From positions 1 through 63,196 of the forward strand of contig CAVFXO010000032.1 of assembly GCA_963626825.1 (NCBI GenBank): a stretch of 63,196 bases of DNA, given 5' to 3'. Each line of letters starts with the position of its first letter. Within the stretch, counting starts at the first letter, position 1. Of the stretch, positions 28,055 to 36,506 are shown in pieces. Origin of the DNA: a bacterium. Its GTDB lineage: Bacteria > Bacteroidota > Bacteroidia > Bacteroidales > UBA932. The notes beneath the pieces were generated by a model. It searched no databases, had not been told where the DNA came from, and worked only from the letters and a program-made list of their open reading frames with translations. Position numbers and translations under genes: made by a program.

Positions 28055-28645
28055 ATGACTAAAATTAGATTTGCTGCCTACTTAATGGGAGTGGTATTGT
28101 TGTTTTCATCTTTTAATGTGCAGAAATGCGCTGATGCGTTACAAAAGGCATATGAAGAGAAAGACTATGATGCCTTTGTAGATGCATTTCCGAATAAATA
28201 TGAAGATTTTGTGAATGTATATGGTTATGATCATGAAAATAGAAAACCAATGGTATTATGTATTTATGGCTATGAACACATAAAATTTTTGTTTTCCGAT
28301 AAAAGAGTAGAGGAAACTAATGTGCTTGATAAAATTTTAAGCCTGTCCTATAATTATATATGGGATGGTATTGATGCTATTTGTTGTTTTATTGATGGAG
28401 TATATCAACTGCTTTTAGATAATCCCCATAGAATGATTGAGTATTTTTCAAAAAAAACAGATGAAGAGGTGATATCTTTTCTTCAGTTGTCAATCACTAA
28501 TATAGATTCTGATAATACATACTATATAAAGGATTATAACAAACTTATAGATACTTACACCCCATATTCAAGTAAAATAGTGAGGCTACTGAAAATAGCA
28601 TTTGAAAGAGCGAAACGAGCATCTGAAATATTGGTCGTATATTAA
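28055..28645 (+). CDS. Exported AT-rich hypothetical protein, candidate immunity protein
   Basis: Intact ORF with an N-terminal signal, markedly AT-rich, 17 nt after the toxin-like pseudogene. Confidence 0.6.
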   Translation: MTKIRFAAYLMGVVLLFSSFNVQKCADALQKAYEEKDYDAFVDAFPNKYEDFVNVYGYDHENRKPMVLCIYGYEHIKFLFSDKRVEETNVLDKILSLSYNYIWDGIDAICCFIDGVYQLLLDNPHRMIEYFSKKTDEEVISFLQLSITNIDSDNTYYIKDYNKLIDTYTPYSSKIVRLLKIAFERAKRASEILVVY

Positions 28646-28715
28646 TAATCTTTATAGGCACTGCCATAACAAATATCCTGGCAATGCCGGTATTATACCC
28701 ATGAAACAGTAACAC

Positions 28716-28745
28716 AAAAAAAGAGCTGCTCTTCAGCAGCTCTTT
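28716..28745 (-). terminator. Terminator after the tRNA 3' fragment
   Basis: Minus strand AAAGAGCTGCT-GAAG-AGCAGCTCTTT followed by a T run. Confidence 0.75.
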
Positions 28746-28774
28746 GAGCGAAAAACGGGGCTCGGACCCGCGAC
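28743..28774 (-). repeat. Duplicated 3' end of tRNA-Gly (att-like)
   Basis: 31/32 identical to 28999-29030 (T-arm plus acceptor 3' strand). Confidence 0.9.
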
Positions 28775-28955
28775 GTCGTGCGACGTCATAGCCTACAACG
28801 TTACCCCCGTCTGCCTTCGGCAGTCACCCCTCGGGGGAGGCTTGAGGTCGCGGAGTACCGTGAACAATTCCACCGAAGGAGCGAAAGCGACAAAAGGGCT
28901 TCTGCCCGCCGGCCCAAGGCCGAAAAAATCCCCCTTCAGGGGGTGCAGGGGGTTA
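28775..28955. repeat. Hairpin-rich non-coding element fused to the tRNA fragment
   Basis: GCGACGTCATAGCCT pairs with AGGCTTGAGGTCGC. Other stems are CTGCC-TTC-GGCAG, GGGC-TTCT-GCCC, GGCC-CAA-GGCC and CCCCC-TTCA-GGGGG. Confidence 0.65.
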
Positions 28956-28964
28956 GATTAAACT

Positions 28965-29002
28965 CAAAAGAGAGTGCTCAAGATTTTGAACACTCTCTTT
29001 TG
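28965..29002 (-). terminator. Terminator after tRNA-Gly
   Basis: CAAAAGAGAGTG / CACTCTCTTTTG stem immediately 3' of the tRNA. Confidence 0.8.
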
Positions 29003-29075
29003 AGCGGAAAACGGGGCTCGGACCCGCGACCTCAACCTTGGCAAGGTTGCGCTCTACCAACTGAGCTATTTCCGC
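29003..29075 (-). tRNA. tRNA-Gly(GCC)
   Basis: GCGGAAATAGCTCAGTTGGTAGAGCGCAACCTTGCCAAGGTTGAGGTCGCGGGTCCGAGCCCCGTTTTCCGCT folds as a cloverleaf with anticodon GCC and U73; CCA is not encoded. Confidence 0.97.
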
Positions 29076-29085
29076 AATGGGAATG

Positions 29086-29116
29086 CAAATATAGAGACTT
29101 TTTTTGTTTTCACAAA
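29086..29116 (-). promoter_or_regulatory. tRNA-Gly promoter
   Basis: Minus strand TTTG, 19 nt, TATATTTG; nearly identical to the rRNA promoter at 206-236. Confidence 0.85.
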
Positions 29117-29146
29117 CTTTTCGGCCAAAATTTGCATTCCTCCATA

Positions 29147-30241
29147 TCACTTTGTATAAGTGAATACCTGATAGCTTATCGCGGAGGATATTCCCTTGTC
29201 CTTGTCGGTGTTGCGGTAGCCCACGGCATAGACCACATATTCTCCCGAGCCTTCGAGAAGGTACGTGAAATCCACCGTGCCCTTTCCCTTCAGTACTATG
29301 GAGTCAAGCATACTGTACTGCTTGGCTATGGCTATGTAGTCCCTGGCGACGTCACACTTGTCCTCGTACTCGTCCCAATTGGCCTTGGAAACCAGACCGC
29401 ACACATAGGTGTAGTCGGCGGAAGGGGTCACGTTCACGCGCACTCCGCTGATTTCGAAGGTGAAATCGAGGTCCACCTGAGTGGCCTTGGCAGTATGGAA
29501 CTTGTGGAACACGCCCTTGCCGCTGGAAGTCAGGTTTCCATCCTCGTCGAAGTCGACATCCACTACGACCACGTAATAGTCCGTGTCGTCCCTGAGGTCC
29601 AGGGAAACGTTCTCGTCCGTGGAGGAATTGTAGTAGCCCTGGTAGAGAAGCACACGCGGGTCGTCCACTCCGGCATAGGAGGCCATATTGGCCACATAAT
29701 TGAGGATGGAGTTGATGATGTAGGCCTCTCCGTAGGCGTCATACTGCGATGCGGTGAACAGATCGGTGTAATAATACGCCGAAGGGTTCAGCGGCGACAC
29801 CTCGACATCCACTCCGGAAGAGGTGATGTTGCTGGTTGTGACGGAGAAATTGCTGTACGCCGCAGCGGAATCCGACACCTTGCTCTGAAGAAGGTGGACG
29901 GAGACACCCTCCACTCCCTCAGCGGAAAGCTGAACAGTGGCACTGCGGTCGACGCCGTCGGCATTGGCCTCAATCTCCAGAGAGATTTGAGCGGAGTTCA
30001 CCATCTCCACAGACACCCACGAAGCGTCCGTAGTGACCGTAGCCGTCTTCCCGGAAGCCTTTCCCAGAGAAGTGTACGGAATCACGAGGGAGCCGCCCTC
30101 AGCGGGAACGGAGTACAGGGATTTTTCTACCTTGAAAAGGGATATTTCATCAGCAGACCCTCCGTTCTTATCCTCACAGGAGAGGGTAAGAACGCAGAGA
30201 GCCGCTGTCCAAAAAGCATTTAGTATTCTTCTGAATTTCAT
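29147..30241 (-). CDS. BACON-domain lipoprotein
   Basis: Lipobox TLSC; BACON pattern VPAEGG...SWVSV...ANADGVDRSATV. Confidence 0.75.
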   Translation of the reverse strand: MKFRRILNAFWTAALCVLTLSCEDKNGGSADEISLFKVEKSLYSVPAEGGSLVIPYTSLGKASGKTATVTTDASWVSVEMVNSAQISLEIEANADGVDRSATVQLSAEGVEGVSVHLLQSKVSDSAAAYSNFSVTTSNITSSGVDVEVSPLNPSAYYYTDLFTASQYDAYGEAYIINSILNYVANMASYAGVDDPRVLLYQGYYNSSTDENVSLDLRDDTDYYVVVVDVDFDEDGNLTSSGKGVFHKFHTAKATQVDLDFTFEISGVRVNVTPSADYTYVCGLVSKANWDEYEDKCDVARDYIAIAKQYSMLDSIVLKGKGTVDFTYLLEGSGEYVVYAVGYRNTDKDKGISSAISYQVFTYTK

Positions 30242-30243
30242 AA

Positions 30244-32496
30244 TCAGTCACCGACGACAAAGTAAACGTCGATCTGGTAAATCTTATAGGAATCTTGATC
30301 GCTCATAACACGGAAGTACTTATAGGTAAGATCCTCCGGGATATGTGTTCCGGTATAGATATCTCCATCCTTCTCATTGCTGAACGAATCCCCGGACATC
30401 TTCCAGCTTGAGCCGTCCTTGGAAAGTCTTACAGTAAGGTAATACATTGAATATGAAAGAGATCGGCTGGCTTTCACGACCACCTTCTGGATATAACCGG
30501 TCTCGGCGGTGGCATCCAGGTTGCCTTTATAGCAGAAATACTCGTCAGTAAGTTCGGTCAGCTTAAGATTATTCACCGTGATCGGAACATTAACCGTAAG
30601 CTCCGGATGCTCTGTTCCGCAAGCGGCGAATTCACCGCTTACAGTTCCGGTAGTAGCATCAGGATTCTCCACGAGGTATGCGTCTGCGAGAGCCTTTACC
30701 TGTGCCGGAGTGATGGTGAGCTTGTACTCCCTGGCCACTGCCGATTTCTGTATGACATTGATGGTCTTGACGCAGGTAACATCCCCGTCGACAAGGGTAA
30801 CGGTAATCGTGGCGGTTCTCTTCACGTCGGTATTTTCGGTAGCGCTGTATGAAATCGCTCCGTCAGCATAGGAAACCGTCAGCCATTCTGCAGAAGATAC
30901 TACCGTAGGAGTGTTTGAAGATGCATATACAGGGCAGGCGATGGTGCCGCTCGCAGCTTCGATACCCACATTCACCTCACTTACCTCAGGAGCAACCTCA
31001 GGAGCGAAGTTAATGACGAGTGAACCGATAAGAGGGTATGCTGAACCGTCTGAAACATTGTCTACGATAAGAACGAGGTCACCGTCCTTGACGTCTGTGC
31101 TGTTCTCCAGATAATAGTTTTTAACATCTGTTGACAGATTCTTTTCAGGCGCAGGGACTGATACGGTCTTGATCACGGTGGTGTCTCCGAAATTTACCAG
31201 AGCGAAAGAGAAGTCGTAAGTGGTCTTCTCTGTAAAGTTACCAAGTGAAACCTTGACAGACTCCACGTTCTTGAATGATGCCAATGAAGAAAGATTGATC
31301 TTCTTCGCTCCGGTGAGGTAATTGTAATTCAGCCTCTGAACATAACCGTCCTTGCCGGACTGAGAACTGCCGTAGTTGGAACCTGCAGAGCCAGGGTATG
31401 AAAGTGTGAAGTTCATCTTGTATCCGTCAGGTCCGCAAGAAAGAACTGTCCTGGTTGATGAGAAGCAGGTGTAATATGAGGAGAATTTATGCTCCCAGTT
31501 CTGATGACTTGTAAGTGTCACTTCCTGAGAAGTGAGTTCATCAGTTTCCTTAAGATGAACGGTAGGAGCGGCTATCTTGCCTCTTTCGATTACCAGACCC
31601 TTCCTTTCAAATACGAAAATGGCCCTGTTCGTATTGACGGTGATCTTGACATCATAAGTTCCCGGAGCGGCCACGAACCATGTGGTGAGATCCCCGAGAT
31701 CCGTCGATTCCTTAGGAGTCACGGTAATCTTCGAAGATGTGCTTGAAGGAGTCAGGGTCACGTCTCCTATGGTCTTGGAAATATCCACGGAGAATTTTCC
31801 AGCGAGATCCTTGTTCGCGCCCACAGCCTCGATTACCACGTTGTTCACGAGGTTGTTCTTCAGATACTGGGAAGTAATTCCAGAATATGTAAGTTTGCAG
31901 AATCCGAAAAGATGGGCAAGATTGGTGCTCACCCCGCTGGTGACGGAGTATTCCTTATACGTTGAATCATATGATGCTGTGGCGGTGTATATATCGCCCG
32001 GGGCACCGATCATAGCATCTGCCACACCATCCCAGGTATCGGAATAACCGGACTGAGAGTCCTTAAGGTTTACCTTCCAGGCTGAAGCAGTGGATGCGTA
32101 GGTAAAAGCACTTGAAGGGAAGGCGTAATAAGCCTTGTAATGATCTACATAGTCATCCTCCACGATGCTGTAAAGATAACCCGAGAACACCGGTGTAGCG
32201 GCTGCAGGGTCCACGATCTTGAATTTTGACTGGTATGTATTTGCCGCATAACCCTTCCTGTCAGCAACCTTGATCAGGGCGTCAGGAGTAGCTTCATTTG
32301 CTATGGCGACGGTAAGATAATCCCCGCTGGCGAAAGCGATGGCATCCTTTCCGTCATAGGAAGCCTTAGTCTGAGGCACCGTTACGTCAAGGGCCACATT
32401 GAAGACGTCTCCCGAATTCTCCGGGGCCACATTTTCTTTTGAACAAGCAGCCAGGGCGAGAAGAGCGGAAGCTGCGACGTATAATGATTTTTTCAT
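30244..32496 (-). CDS. Fimbrillin-like lipoprotein with a BACON domain
   Basis: LAACSKE lipobox, TKASY processing-type motif, YYAFP, and a later WLTVS..ENTDVKRTATITV segment. Confidence 0.65.
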   Translation of the reverse strand: MKKSLYVAASALLALAACSKENVAPENSGDVFNVALDVTVPQTKASYDGKDAIAFASGDYLTVAIANEATPDALIKVADRKGYAANTYQSKFKIVDPAAATPVFSGYLYSIVEDDYVDHYKAYYAFPSSAFTYASTASAWKVNLKDSQSGYSDTWDGVADAMIGAPGDIYTATASYDSTYKEYSVTSGVSTNLAHLFGFCKLTYSGITSQYLKNNLVNNVVIEAVGANKDLAGKFSVDISKTIGDVTLTPSSTSSKITVTPKESTDLGDLTTWFVAAPGTYDVKITVNTNRAIFVFERKGLVIERGKIAAPTVHLKETDELTSQEVTLTSHQNWEHKFSSYYTCFSSTRTVLSCGPDGYKMNFTLSYPGSAGSNYGSSQSGKDGYVQRLNYNYLTGAKKINLSSLASFKNVESVKVSLGNFTEKTTYDFSFALVNFGDTTVIKTVSVPAPEKNLSTDVKNYYLENSTDVKDGDLVLIVDNVSDGSAYPLIGSLVINFAPEVAPEVSEVNVGIEAASGTIACPVYASSNTPTVVSSAEWLTVSYADGAISYSATENTDVKRTATITVTLVDGDVTCVKTINVIQKSAVAREYKLTITPAQVKALADAYLVENPDATTGTVSGEFAACGTEHPELTVNVPITVNNLKLTELTDEYFCYKGNLDATAETGYIQKVVVKASRSLSYSMYYLTVRLSKDGSSWKMSGDSFSNEKDGDIYTGTHIPEDLTYKYFRVMSDQDSYKIYQIDVYFVVGD

Positions 32497-32517
32497 ATTC
32501 TTCTGAGTTTTAAATCC

Positions 32518-33414
32518 TTACCAAGCGGTATAATCTGTGTCACTTATGGTAATCTTTCCGCCGTGCGTGCCGTATGCACTGTTCACTACGGTTACATACT
32601 GAGCCGAATACCTGGCATCGCTATTGCGAACAGCCTTGACAAGCACGTGGCCAGTGATTACTGAAGAATCGAGATAAACATAGACTGAAGTGTTGTATTC
32701 GTCCACGACGACTTTCAGATCGTCTGACTCAGCGGTTACGTGAACCGTTCCGTCATTGCCGGTCAGAGCGTATTTGAGGATAATCACTGAAGTGCCGGTC
32801 TCGAAAGATTCGGTGTCACTGGTCACCTTGAGACTGAAGACGTTCTCCTTGGCAATCGTGATCACAGTCTCACCGAGAGTGAATATGTAGGCCTCGTCAG
32901 TCTCTTCCATAACGAGCTTAGGCTCAACGGTTCCGCTGACAGGAACTTCCGTCCAGACCTCACCGTCGAAAGACACGTACCATACGCTGTTCTCTATCTT
33001 GAACTGCGGTGTCTTTCCATCCACACCGTCCTCGCCGGTGACAGGGACCTTCTCGCCGTCATTCAGAATAAACTCTCCGTCGATGGTCCAATAGTAAACT
33101 CCATCCTCTTCCTTAATGCCAACTACCGGAGCGACAGCATCCTTGCCGGGCTCTCCATCAACACCATTCGTAAGCGTGGACACGGTACCGTCACTGAAGT
33201 GAATCTTGTAACCGTCTTCCAGGGTCTCGACACTGGTAATCGTCACGGCCTTTGCGGCTGCCTCCACCAGTTTGCTGATGGACGAAGCGTTCTCATTAAC
33301 CTTCGATTCGAGTTCGTCAACCCTTTTCTCAAGAGCGTCAACCCTGCTCTCAAGCCCTTTTGTGCAGGCACACAGCGATACTGCGGCAAGCACCGTCAAC
33401 AATAATCTTTTCAT
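32518..33414 (-). CDS. DUF4988/PL29-N-terminal-like lipoprotein
   Basis: Lipobox, coiled coil, NGVDGEPGKDAVAPVVGI..DGVYYWTIDGE and TPQFKIEN motifs. Confidence 0.7.
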   Translation of the reverse strand: MKRLLLTVLAAVSLCACTKGLESRVDALEKRVDELESKVNENASSISKLVEAAAKAVTITSVETLEDGYKIHFSDGTVSTLTNGVDGEPGKDAVAPVVGIKEEDGVYYWTIDGEFILNDGEKVPVTGEDGVDGKTPQFKIENSVWYVSFDGEVWTEVPVSGTVEPKLVMEETDEAYIFTLGETVITIAKENVFSLKVTSDTESFETGTSVIILKYALTGNDGTVHVTAESDDLKVVVDEYNTSVYVYLDSSVITGHVLVKAVRNSDARYSAQYVTVVNSAYGTHGGKITISDTDYTAW

Positions 33415-33435
33415 ATACACTTGAATTTAATGATT

Positions 33436-35166
33436 TTAGAATGATAGTATCGGTCTGAAGATAGCTGGCTGATCGGTCCAGTCTATCTGAGGTTCAAACT
33501 TCCCGTTCGTATATATCCAGAAACAACATACGTTACCTTCTTCATTATCATAGAGCGAAGATGACATCAATTCACAATAATCACCATCTCCCGCACGGGA
33601 GTTGTTCGCCTTGAATTCCTCCTTCTGCGCAGACGGAATCTGACTCATAAAGGTATTGATATGTGCCAACGGATCATAAGAAAGTTTGATAGACGCGCCA
33701 TCTCTATAATAGTAAGAGATATCTGATCCATATGTCTGAAGCGTCTCCAGCGCCTGGGCCAATTCGGAGCCTCCCAGATTGGCCAGAAGATCCCAAACCT
33801 GGCCGATGCTAGGCACGTACCATCCGGATGAGCTGACAGGAGCCGAAGGAGAGAAATCCGTTACGGTCCAGTCAAATGCAGGACACTGCTGAATCTTATC
33901 TCCCGGATAATCGGAAATTATCGCCTGTGTCCAATCATATCCGTTCACGTCTGCATACCAAGAAGATCCCAGACGAACATTCGAGATATGGTCGAAAGAA
34001 TACTCGAAAGAATATTTCGTCTCTGAGGAATCCTTTCCGTGAGCACCCTTGAGTGCCATCACAAGTCCGTGTTTATAGCCAAGTGCCATCTCCGTAGCAG
34101 AAATGCGTGTAGTGTCGGTCTGGAACACGATGCCTATCACAGTCTTCCCGGCCTCGGGAGCAGGTTTGACATCCGCCCATATCATAGTGCTGTCCACAGG
34201 GTCATAACCGAGCAGTCCACCGTCACTCCAGGTACCGTCGCTGTAATAATAGTCTCCGACCTTCACTTCCCCCGCCGGGATGATGGACTGACTCACAGCA
34301 ACCTTGCAGCTGGCCTTGAGACCCGCAGCTTCCACGACCAGAACGGCCTCGCCAGCGGCCACGCCGACGACCTTGGCGGAAGTCTGATTGTCATCCTCCT
34401 TAGGATCGATGGCGGTGAAGGTAATCACGCCTTCTTCTCCTTCTACGCTCCACTTCATACCCTTCACGGTGACGTTTTCAGGAAGGATGGTGGCGGTGAC
34501 GATGAATGTCTCGCCTTCCTTGATCTCCTTTTCAGTCACGTCCAGGGTAAGCGATTCACCCTTAACCTCGTGCACGTTCACAGTACACTGGGCTGCCACA
34601 TCACCGACCGTCGCCGTGATGATCGCCTGTCCTTCGGCACGGCCAAGCACGACTCCGTGATTAACCATAGCCACAGTCTCATCGCTCGAAGTCCATTCCA
34701 CCACCGGAGCGGTGGTGTCCTCGGGGGTTATCGTTACCGTAAAGGTATATTGTTCATAAACATTAAGATCCAGGCTTTGAACATCCAGAGAAATGCCTTC
34801 GGCACTTACCGGAACGACCTCCACGGCACATTCCGCATATTTGTCTTCCAGAGATGCGGCTATGGTGCAGGTTCCCAGATTCTGCGAACTGAGAGTCAGC
34901 GTAATCACCCCGCCCTCACAGGTCTTGTCTGCAATCTCGACCACGCTGTCGTCTGAATTGACTATCTCCACGTCCGCGGCCTTGTCTTCCGGAGACACGG
35001 TCAGGACCACTTCCGCACCCGAACCGATGAAGGCAGTCACCTTCTTGTCCAGGAACTGCAGTTCCGTTTCTGTTTCCGGTTCAGGATTATCAGCGGGTTC
35101 AGGACTTTCACAGCCCACCAAAAGAAATCCGGCGATCACGCCGGCAGTTACACTTCTTAAGCGCAT
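33436..35166 (-). CDS. Lipoprotein with Big_2 Ig-like repeats and a C-terminal lectin-like domain
   Basis: LVGC lipobox, WTSSDETVA repeats, KVGDYYYSDGTWS, GWYVPSIGQ and a terminal RPILSF. Confidence 0.75.
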   Translation of the reverse strand: MRLRSVTAGVIAGFLLVGCESPEPADNPEPETETELQFLDKKVTAFIGSGAEVVLTVSPEDKAADVEIVNSDDSVVEIADKTCEGGVITLTLSSQNLGTCTIAASLEDKYAECAVEVVPVSAEGISLDVQSLDLNVYEQYTFTVTITPEDTTAPVVEWTSSDETVAMVNHGVVLGRAEGQAIITATVGDVAAQCTVNVHEVKGESLTLDVTEKEIKEGETFIVTATILPENVTVKGMKWSVEGEEGVITFTAIDPKEDDNQTSAKVVGVAAGEAVLVVEAAGLKASCKVAVSQSIIPAGEVKVGDYYYSDGTWSDGGLLGYDPVDSTMIWADVKPAPEAGKTVIGIVFQTDTTRISATEMALGYKHGLVMALKGAHGKDSSETKYSFEYSFDHISNVRLGSSWYADVNGYDWTQAIISDYPGDKIQQCPAFDWTVTDFSPSAPVSSSGWYVPSIGQVWDLLANLGGSELAQALETLQTYGSDISYYYRDGASIKLSYDPLAHINTFMSQIPSAQKEEFKANNSRAGDGDYCELMSSSLYDNEEGNVCCFWIYTNGKFEPQIDWTDQPAIFRPILSF

Positions 35167-35205
35167 TATTTTTATACTACTAACTAATTATCAACTACTT
35201 AATAC

Positions 35206-35235
35206 AAAAAGAAAAATCGCAACCCGCGATTTTTC
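35206..35235 (-). terminator. Terminator downstream of queF
   Basis: Minus strand GAAAAATCGC-GGGTT-GCGATTTTTC followed by TTTTT. Confidence 0.8.
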
Positions 35236-35288
35236 ATCTGCAAGTTACGATTTATTATTAAAAATCAAAAGGAATTTTTTAAAAATTT

Positions 35289-35744
35289 TTACTCGTGCGT
35301 GGCGAATCTCTGCTCGGCCAAGGCTTCATACTTTGTGCCCGGACGGCCGTAATTGGCATAAGGATAGATGGATATGCCTCCACGCGGGGTGAATAGTCCG
35401 GTCACTTCTATGTACTTCGGATCCATAAGCGCGATGAGATCCTTCATTATGATGTTCACGCAGTCTTCGTGGAAATCGCCGTGGTTTCTAAAGCTGAAAA
35501 GATAAAGTTTAAGGCTTTTGCTTTCCACCATCTTCACGTCCGGAATGTAGCTGATCCTGATCTCTGCAAAGTCCGGCTGCCCCGTGATAGGACAGAGCGA
35601 CGTGAATTCCGGGCAGTTGAATCTTACCCAATAGTCGTTCCCGGGGTGCTTGTTCACGAATGTCTCCAGCACTTCCGGAGCATAGTCATCTCTGTATTTC
35701 GTCTTCTGGCCCAATGACTTCAGACCCTCGTCTTTACGTTCCAT
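35289..35744 (-). CDS. queF: preQ0 reductase QueF (short type I)
   Basis: [28 protein letters not shown] and PRGGI motifs. Confidence 0.97.
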   Translation of the reverse strand: MERKDEGLKSLGQKTKYRDDYAPEVLETFVNKHPGNDYWVRFNCPEFTSLCPITGQPDFAEIRISYIPDVKMVESKSLKLYLFSFRNHGDFHEDCVNIIMKDLIALMDPKYIEVTGLFTPRGGISIYPYANYGRPGTKYEALAEQRFATHE

Positions 35745-36433
35745 TATATATCACTTAATTTGAATGGGTTATACGATATATGTTCGTCGAAGGTGTCTCC
35801 TTCCTTCTGTTTCAGTTCCTTCACCACTTTAGCAGTCACAGGGAGAATGATTATCTCATAAACCACCTTGACTGTCACCTGCGTAAAGATAATGCTGACA
35901 ATCGCCTTCGGGCTCATAAGTCCCCAGAATGCCAATGGATAAAAAACGCAGGAATCGAGCAGCTCGCCTCCGAGAGAAGACAGTATCGCGCGCCAACCGA
36001 AGCCGCGGCCCTTCGTAGACACTTTCATCCTGCTGACTATAAGGGCATTGACATTCGAGCCAATGAGAAAGGCCAGAAGCGAAGCTACTGTGGTTCGTGG
36101 AACAAGAGCGAAGAGCGAATTGAAAGAATCCGCCACTGCCCTGCTGCCATCCTCGATCGGCGCAGGAAGAGCGCACACAAGCGCGGAGGTCAGAGCCACG
36201 AACACGCTCATCATAAACGCGAGCCAGATCACGAAACGAGCCTTACGGTAACCGTAAACCTCTGTGATACAGTCGTTAAGGATATAGGAAATAGGGAACA
36301 GGATTACAGCTCCTGAAAGCTGAAGTGAAGTATGGCCGACCTGCCATACCCTGGGAACAAAAATGTTCGACGTGATGAGACAGACGATAAAAAGTACTGT
36401 CATCACCAGAAATCTGGTACTGAATTTTGACAT
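35744..36433 (-). CDS. yhhQ: Queuosine precursor transporter (YhhQ/Vut_1)
   Basis: [17 protein letters not shown] and R..ASLLAF motifs; adjacent to queF. Confidence 0.9.
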   Translation of the reverse strand: MSKFSTRFLVMTVLFIVCLITSNIFVPRVWQVGHTSLQLSGAVILFPISYILNDCITEVYGYRKARFVIWLAFMMSVFVALTSALVCALPAPIEDGSRAVADSFNSLFALVPRTTVASLLAFLIGSNVNALIVSRMKVSTKGRGFGWRAILSSLGGELLDSCVFYPLAFWGLMSPKAIVSIIFTQVTVKVVYEIIILPVTAKVVKELKQKEGDTFDEHISYNPFKLSDI

Positions 36434-36436
36434 TTT

Positions 36437-36467
36437 CTTGTTTTTTAACGTGGTTTCAAGAACACAG
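36437..36467 (-). promoter_or_regulatory. preQ1 class I riboswitch
   Basis: Minus strand CTGTG-TTCTTG-AAAC-CACG-TTAAAAAA-CAAG: P1 is UGUG/CACG, loop CUUG pairs with CAAG after an A tract. It lies directly upstream of yhhQ-queF. Confidence 0.8.
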
Positions 36468-36495
36468 GGCCTGCCCCGTCAACGGGCAGGACCCT
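36466..36495 (-). terminator. GC-rich hairpin after pheS with a weak U tract
   Basis: AGGG.CCTGCCC / GGGCAGG.CCCT stem followed by GTGTTCTT. Confidence 0.5.
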
Positions 36496-36506
36496 TTGTT
36501 TATATT

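Noticed and set aside
25730..28774. Intact integrative element bounded by tRNA att sites
   Set aside because: No integrase is present, and the only tRNA duplicate lies 256 bp from the tRNA, so it does not bracket the islet.
28778..30223. 481-aa plus-strand ORF
   Set aside because: Runs antisense across tRNA-Gly, its terminator and the BACON gene; no recognisable protein features.
33436..33700. Diversity-generating retroelement target
   Set aside because: The C-terminus is lectin-like, but there is no template repeat or reverse transcriptase in the window.
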